Of a stretch of 64,000 nt of DNA, positions 58,880 to 64,000 are shown in pieces. The DNA is from an uncultured Nitrospiraceae bacterium. GTDB lineage: Bacteria > Nitrospirota > Nitrospiria > Nitrospirales > Nitrospiraceae. A model generated the notes under the pieces. It worked only from the letters and a program-made list of their open reading frames with translations, did no database searches and was not told the DNA's origin. A program made the translations under genes and the position numbers. The DNA is taken from positions 960,001-1,024,000 of the forward strand of contig CAWJWJ010000002.1 in the NCBI GenBank assembly GCA_963846575.1, in the 5' to 3' direction. Each line of letters opens with the position of its first letter. Position 1 is the stretch's first letter.

Positions 58880-60712
58880 GTGCCCCGTCATCAAGAAGGA
58901 GGGGAGGCCGTGATGGCTGGCGTGAAGGAGAGTGACGAACAGGAAGCCTCGCACGACATAACTGCATACCCACATGCTCCTTGTCCTATAGTGCGCCTCG
59001 GTACGGCGGCCAGGGGGACGGGTGAGCGTCGCTGTCGTCCGATTGTTCCCATCGTCCTCAGCGGCCTCTTGTGTTTCATGGTCTCGCCGGCCTGGTCGCA
59101 ACTCATTCCTTTGCCGCCTAAACCGCCTCAACTGCCGACGGTTCCGCCGCCCGCACAGCCCCCGGGGCTCGAGTTACCGTCACCTCCGTCCCGCACGCCG
59201 GGCGCAGCGGTGACGGGTCCGAAGGTTATGGTGAAGGACATTCGGGTTGTCGGCAGTACGGCCTTTACTCCACAACAACTGACCGAAGTCACGGCGCCTT
59301 ATACCAATCGCGAACTGACGGCTGAAGATCTGGAAGCGCTACGGCTGAGCCTCACGTACTTCTATATCAATCACGGCTATGTGACCTCCGGGGCGGTGGT
59401 TCCGGAGCAGGACGTCGCTGACGGTCTGCTGATGATGCAGATCATCGAGGGCAAAATCACGGCGATCAACGTCGACGATCTCAAGTGGTTCCGGCCCGCC
59501 TATTTTCGAAGCCGTATCAATCTGGCCGCCGGTCCTCCGTTAAACGTCGGAGAGTTGGAAGATCGGCTACGGGTGATTCAGTCCAATCCGCGCATCGAAC
59601 GCCTCAATGCCGAGCTACTTCCGGGGCCAGCCATCGGGGAAACGACCCTGAACGTCAAGGTGAAGGAAGCGAATCCGTTGAAGGCCTGGCTGGAGTTTAA
59701 TAACTACCAGTCGCCGGTGGTCGGGGCTGAGCAGGGGTTCGTCACCCTTGCGCATCGCAATCTCCTGGGATTCGGTGACACGCTTAGTCTGCAGTACGGA
59801 CGCTCCGCAGGCGTGAATCCTATGCTCAATTTCAGGTACGAAGTCCCGGTGACTCCGCGCGATACGACGGTGGCCTTCCAGTATCGCCGCTTCGATTTTG
59901 CGGTCAAGGAAGAACCCTTCGATCAGTTAGATATTAAGAACAAAGCCCAAATCTTCGGGATCGCGGTCCGGCATCCTGTCTACAAAACCGTCGAACAGGA
60001 ATTTGCCCTCTCGCTGACCGGCGAACATCTACGCAACGAAAGTTTCTTTGGGGGGGTTCCGACCGAACTCATTCTCGGTTCGCCCGGTGGTCGATTTCGC
60101 GTGACGGCGCTGCGCTTCGGTCAGGAATATGTCAAACGCTCGGCGGAGCAGGTATTCTCCGCTCTGTCCCGGCTATCGGTGGGAATCGGAGCCATGGGCG
60201 CGACGGCTAACGGCGACCCCAGTCTGCCGGATGCACGTTTTTTCTCCTGGTTGGGAGAGGCACAGTGGACACGGCAGCTCCCGTTTTTACGTACGCTGTT
60301 GATCAGTCGGGGGGTCGTGCAACTGTCAAACGATCACCTTTTCCCCTTGGAACAGATTGCGGTCGGGGGACGATACAGCGTCCGCGGCTATCGGGAGTTC
60401 ACCCTCATACGCGACAACGCCGCCATGGGATCGATCGAGGCGCGGGTGCCGGTGTACCGAACCGCCGCCGGGGTCGATTCGGTGTTCGTGGCTCCGTTCT
60501 TCGATTTCGGCCATGGGTGGCAGACAACGGTCGCCACACCCGGAACGCCTCCTAAAACCCTGGCGAGCGTCGGCATCGGGGCCATTTGGAATTTCTGGCG
60601 CGGGAGTCATTTCGAAATCTATTACGGTAAACAATTGAAGCGGTACGATACCGGGGGCGACAACCTTCAGGATCATGGAGTCCACCTGCAATTGGTGGTG
60701 GAGGCATTTTAG
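58880..60712 (+). CDS. ShlB/FhaC/HecB (TpsB) transporter
   Basis: POTRA YINHGYVTS..IIEG, SVRGY motif, PFFDFG, C-terminal Phe. True start probably slightly downstream. Confidence 0.93.
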   Translation: MPRHQEGGEAVMAGVKESDEQEASHDITAYPHAPCPIVRLGTAARGTGERRCRPIVPIVLSGLLCFMVSPAWSQLIPLPPKPPQLPTVPPPAQPPGLELPSPPSRTPGAAVTGPKVMVKDIRVVGSTAFTPQQLTEVTAPYTNRELTAEDLEALRLSLTYFYINHGYVTSGAVVPEQDVADGLLMMQIIEGKITAINVDDLKWFRPAYFRSRINLAAGPPLNVGELEDRLRVIQSNPRIERLNAELLPGPAIGETTLNVKVKEANPLKAWLEFNNYQSPVVGAEQGFVTLAHRNLLGFGDTLSLQYGRSAGVNPMLNFRYEVPVTPRDTTVAFQYRRFDFAVKEEPFDQLDIKNKAQIFGIAVRHPVYKTVEQEFALSLTGEHLRNESFFGGVPTELILGSPGGRFRVTALRFGQEYVKRSAEQVFSALSRLSVGIGAMGATANGDPSLPDARFFSWLGEAQWTRQLPFLRTLLISRGVVQLSNDHLFPLEQIAVGGRYSVRGYREFTLIRDNAAMGSIEARVPVYRTAAGVDSVFVAPFFDFGHGWQTTVATPGTPPKTLASVGIGAIWNFWRGSHFEIYYGKQLKRYDTGGDNLQDHGVHLQLVVEAF

Positions 60713-60807
60713 CGGCGGGTCCACAGTCCGGATTTCCGGCGGTTGAAGTTGCGGACGGTTTAGGGTAAGAGAGGGGCCGTTCTCTCTACCACAGGAGGAG
60801 AATTGCC

Positions 60808-62070
60808 ATGAAGTTGCACCCCGCAAGGTCGTCGATGGTGGCCAACCTGTTGCTTGCCTTCCTGCTGAGCGGAACCTATGCCGCCACCGTTGCCTTCGGA
60901 CAGAGCACCAATATTGTGGCGACTCCGCCGGGAGTCGGCGGTTTGGGCACGTCGGTCAACACTGCCGGCAACACGACGACCATCACCGGCGGGACGAGGC
61001 CCGGAGGCGGTCCCAACCTCTTTCACAGTTTCAACCAATTCTCAGTTGGAACCGGGGACGTCGCCGCCTTTTCCAACCCTGGAGTGCAAAACATCATCAC
61101 GCGTGTCATGGCCGGTGGCGCGCCGTCGAATATTTATGGGACGATTCAGGCGCTGAATGCCAATTTGTTTTTTCTCAATCCCGCTGGAATCGTCTTCGGG
61201 CCCGCAGCCCAATTGAACGTCACCTTTTCTGCCTATTTCAGCACGGCGCCGCAGCTACGGCTCAGCGGAGGCGGGGTATTTTCAGCCACGCTTCCCGCTC
61301 TGGATTCGACGCTGTCCGTGGGGTCGCCTGTGTCATTCGGATTCCTCGGGGCGGGACCCTATAACCCGATTGTTCTTTCCCCCGGAACGGTCCTGCAGGC
61401 TAATGTGGCGGTGGGATTGATCGGCGGGGCCATACAAATCAACGGATCAAAGATTACAGCGCAGAGAATTATTGTTGGAAGTACCGCCTCGCCGGGCGAT
61501 ATCAGCGCGCAACCTGCGGTGGCAGATCCATTTTCCGGCGCGGTGGGGAACGGTCAGGTTCAGGCCACGCCGGGTACCCTGCTTTTGGCGGGCGGCGGAG
61601 CTGTGATTCCCGCATCGGTAGACGTGTTTCCCAATAACATTGTGGTCCCGGCCGGATCTCAGGTGAATCGAACGACCGTGCCTGGAACGAACCGCGTCAC
61701 GCAGATTGAGGTAGTGGGTGTGCCAGGAAGTACGCTGACTCCTCTCTCGTTTACCACCGCGACCGTGACAACCCCCAATTTCATCGACCCCGTCGTGTTT
61801 CTCAACCGGGCGGCGGTTGTTTTTCCTCAACAAGCACCGACTGCTCCGGCACCATTTTTAACCACCCGCTGTGCTTCACAGAAAAATGGTCAATTTAACA
61901 GTCTGGTTCAAGCGCCCCGGGATGTGACGCCTTCTCAGCCGGGTGTTGCTCTGGCCACCCCCGCGGTACTTCAGGAGGTGGAGAGCGAGCCGGGTGTCCC
62001 TGGCCAGCAGACGGGGCTCAGTCCCAGTACGGTCTCCACCAACGTGGTTGAAACATGGCAGGGATGCTAA
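60808..62070 (+). CDS. Short filamentous-hemagglutinin-type TpsA protein
   Basis: Signal peptide; TPS domain NLFHSFNQF, NIITRV, FFLNPAGIVFG; only 420 aa. Confidence 0.9.
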   Translation: MKLHPARSSMVANLLLAFLLSGTYAATVAFGQSTNIVATPPGVGGLGTSVNTAGNTTTITGGTRPGGGPNLFHSFNQFSVGTGDVAAFSNPGVQNIITRVMAGGAPSNIYGTIQALNANLFFLNPAGIVFGPAAQLNVTFSAYFSTAPQLRLSGGGVFSATLPALDSTLSVGSPVSFGFLGAGPYNPIVLSPGTVLQANVAVGLIGGAIQINGSKITAQRIIVGSTASPGDISAQPAVADPFSGAVGNGQVQATPGTLLLAGGGAVIPASVDVFPNNIVVPAGSQVNRTTVPGTNRVTQIEVVGVPGSTLTPLSFTTATVTTPNFIDPVVFLNRAAVVFPQQAPTAPAPFLTTRCASQKNGQFNSLVQAPRDVTPSQPGVALATPAVLQEVESEPGVPGQQTGLSPSTVSTNVVETWQGC

Positions 62071-62088
62071 CCCGCTCAGGAGGACGTC

Positions 62089-64000
62089 ATGCCAACGAGC
62101 CCTAAGAATGTCAATCGTGACGACACGCGGGCCGGGAAACCGTTATGCTCTCAACGGCTCAGGCACCCGTCATCCAGAACGCTGAAGACCTTGGGGTTTG
62201 GACTGGGCGTGATTGCGGCCGGTTTAATGGCTTGGCCCGTTCTGGGATCGCCGATACTCTCATCCTCCCCGTCTCCCGCTCACGAGATGCAACAAGGCCG
62301 CGCACAGTTTCAGCAAGGGGGATTTGCCCAGGCGGCGATGCATTGGATGACGGCCGCGCGGCTCTATGAAGAAAACGGGCAAGCCAAAGAACAGTGTCAG
62401 GCTTTGATAAATCTGTCGCATGCGTTACAGCAGGAGGGGCAGATTCGCCGCGCACAATCAACGTTGCAGACTGCGCTCAACCTGTCCGAAGGTCTGGGCA
62501 ACCGGTTATTGACGGCGACCATTCTCGGGCAGCTGGGCACTACTTCACACGCATTAGGGAAGGAAGAGCCTGCGACAGAACATTTGACCAAAGCGTTGGC
62601 GTTGGCGCGAGAAGAGCAGCAACCCGCATTGGTCGCCGGGATACTCAACGATTTAGGGAACACGCTGGTAGCCCGCCGCCAATTTGCTGAAGCCATCGAC
62701 GTCTATGCGGAAAGCCGCAGTTTGGCCCGCGAAACAAATCAGCCGATCCTGGCGGTCACGGCTGAGGTCAACGGGGCCGCGGCGCTGGTGCAGGACGAGC
62801 AGCTGAGTCAGGCGCAACGGCAATTCGATCAGGCCCTCGCGAATGTGCAGAGGCTGGAGGACGGCCAGCCGAAGACGGCCGGACTGCTGAACATCGGGTT
62901 AGGATATCAAGACCTTCACCGGGCGATGATGAGGGCGCGGCAGAATTCTCATGGCGAACGATCGCTGGCGGGAAGAAAGCAGGATCGAGGCAGTGCGGGT
63001 GAACGGGGAGGAGGCACGATGACGGGTGCCGCCTTGCTTCGACAGTCATCCGAGGCGTTGACCGCTGCCGGCGAAGTGGCTACGCGGACTGGCGATGCCC
63101 GCGGGCAATCCTACGCCTATGGCTATCAGGGTGAACTCCTAGAGAAGGAGCACCGCAATGCCGAGGCTCTGGAGTACGCACGAAAGGCGACCTTCGCTGC
63201 ACAAAAGGTGAATGCGCCGGAATCGCTCTACCGGTGGCAATGGCAGACGGCGCGGTTGCTGAAAGCGAACGGAAAAGAAGATGAAGCCCTGGCGGCCTAC
63301 CAGCGCGCAGTGACGCTACTGAAACCCATCCGATACGAATACTCCGTGGGATATCAAAATCGTCACCATTCTTTTTACGATTCCGTCGCACCCCTGTTTG
63401 TAGAATACGAAGATGTCCTGTTGCGCCGGGCTTCGGCGGCGAAGAGCCCGGAACAAAGTGAACAGTGGCTCGTACAGGTGAAAGAGACGGTCGAAACGTC
63501 GCACGCCGCCGAGTTGCAGGACTATTTTCAGGAGGACTGTGTCGGAGCCACACGAGCGCACGGTCGCAAGATGGAGATCCCGCACGGAACGGCGGTATTG
63601 TACCCGATTTCATTTGCGGATCGTCTTGAACTGGTGGTGGAGACGGCTGACGGCTTGAAACAGGTGACGGTACCCGTCGGCGCGGATAAACTGACGAAGG
63701 ATATCCGGACGTTCAGGAGGCTGGTCCAGGACCAGCGCTCACAGGGTTACCTGCCTGTCGCGCAGACATTGCATGGGTGGCTGATGGCGCCCCTTGAACA
63801 GAATCTGCAAGCGGCAAGTATCACCACCCTTGTCGTGGTGGCTCAGGGATCGCTTCGCACAATTCCGTTGGGGGCATTGCATGATGGTCGGCAATTTGTC
63901 GTGGATAAGCTTGCCGTGGCCGTGACGCCGAGCCTGGAAATGACCGATCCGCCGACCGCTTCGAGGCCCAAGGGAACGCTCCTGTCGGTCGGCTTGACCG
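62089..64000 (+). CDS. Exported TPR + CHAT (caspase-like) domain protein, partial
   Basis: Open frame from ATG 62089 (RBS AGGAGG) to the window end, absent from the ORF track because it has no stop. Hydrophobic N-terminal segment, TPRs, AAELQDYFQEDCV, LRTIPLGALHDGRQF..AVTPSL. Confidence 0.88.
   Translation, partial: MPTSPKNVNRDDTRAGKPLCSQRLRHPSSRTLKTLGFGLGVIAAGLMAWPVLGSPILSSSPSPAHEMQQGRAQFQQGGFAQAAMHWMTAARLYEENGQAKEQCQALINLSHALQQEGQIRRAQSTLQTALNLSEGLGNRLLTATILGQLGTTSHALGKEEPATEHLTKALALAREEQQPALVAGILNDLGNTLVARRQFAEAIDVYAESRSLARETNQPILAVTAEVNGAAALVQDEQLSQAQRQFDQALANVQRLEDGQPKTAGLLNIGLGYQDLHRAMMRARQNSHGERSLAGRKQDRGSAGERGGGTMTGAALLRQSSEALTAAGEVATRTGDARGQSYAYGYQGELLEKEHRNAEALEYARKATFAAQKVNAPESLYRWQWQTARLLKANGKEDEALAAYQRAVTLLKPIRYEYSVGYQNRHHSFYDSVAPLFVEYEDVLLRRASAAKSPEQSEQWLVQVKETVETSHAAELQDYFQEDCVGATRAHGRKMEIPHGTAVLYPISFADRLELVVETADGLKQVTVPVGADKLTKDIRTFRRLVQDQRSQGYLPVAQTLHGWLMAPLEQNLQAASITTLVVVAQGSLRTIPLGALHDGRQFVVDKLAVAVTPSLEMTDPPTASRPKGTLLSVGLT

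Noticed and set aside
29400..63613. Many 60-370 aa overlapping or antisense ORFs (e.g. 30264-31370, 35438-36289, 56086-57045)
   Set aside because: Shadow frames of GC-rich genes that already have clear motifs.
1..64000. CRISPR array, rRNA, retron/DGR reverse transcriptase
   Set aside because: No regularly spaced repeats, rRNA-like sequence or RT motifs seen by eye.

Overview
Bacterial window, most likely from a Nitrospira-like genome (inferred from gene content and style, not proven). It has three parts. (1) 1-27.57 kb is the right-hand part of a visibly lower-GC genomic island. It carries two inverted IS3 copies, one complete and one remnant IS5-family element, and secreted/outer-membrane cargo (Tat protein, lipoproteins, propeller-like protein, TonB receptor, SGNH hydrolase, GH13 amylase, alpha/beta hydrolase). 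Much of this cargo sits behind divergent sigma54 promoters that share a paired GTATC-N6-GATAC site. The backbone comprises a NERD nuclease, an FseA-like (DUF6499/DUF2285-type) activator, an AAA helicase, an excisionase, an RHH protein and a tyrosine integrase, and ends at an isolated 5' half of a tRNA-Met(CAT). Many island genes carry small indels; the core region shows none that I could see. (2) 28.4-58.5 kb holds MscS and a ~29 kb divergent supercluster for branched-chain and aromatic amino acid catabolism: BCKDH, liu-like genes, isobutyryl-CoA mutase with MeaB, the methylcitrate cycle, beta-oxidation, a half-size HPPD with hmgA and an FAH-family hydrolase, and tryptophanase. It also contains unexplained members (heme-oxygenase-like diiron enzyme, PyrE-like paralog, MBL hydrolase, phage-repressor-like regulator). 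(3) 58.9-64 kb is a TpsB, mini-TpsA, exported TPR-CHAT protein operon that runs off the window end. All family assignments come from motif recognition by eye; no searches were run.
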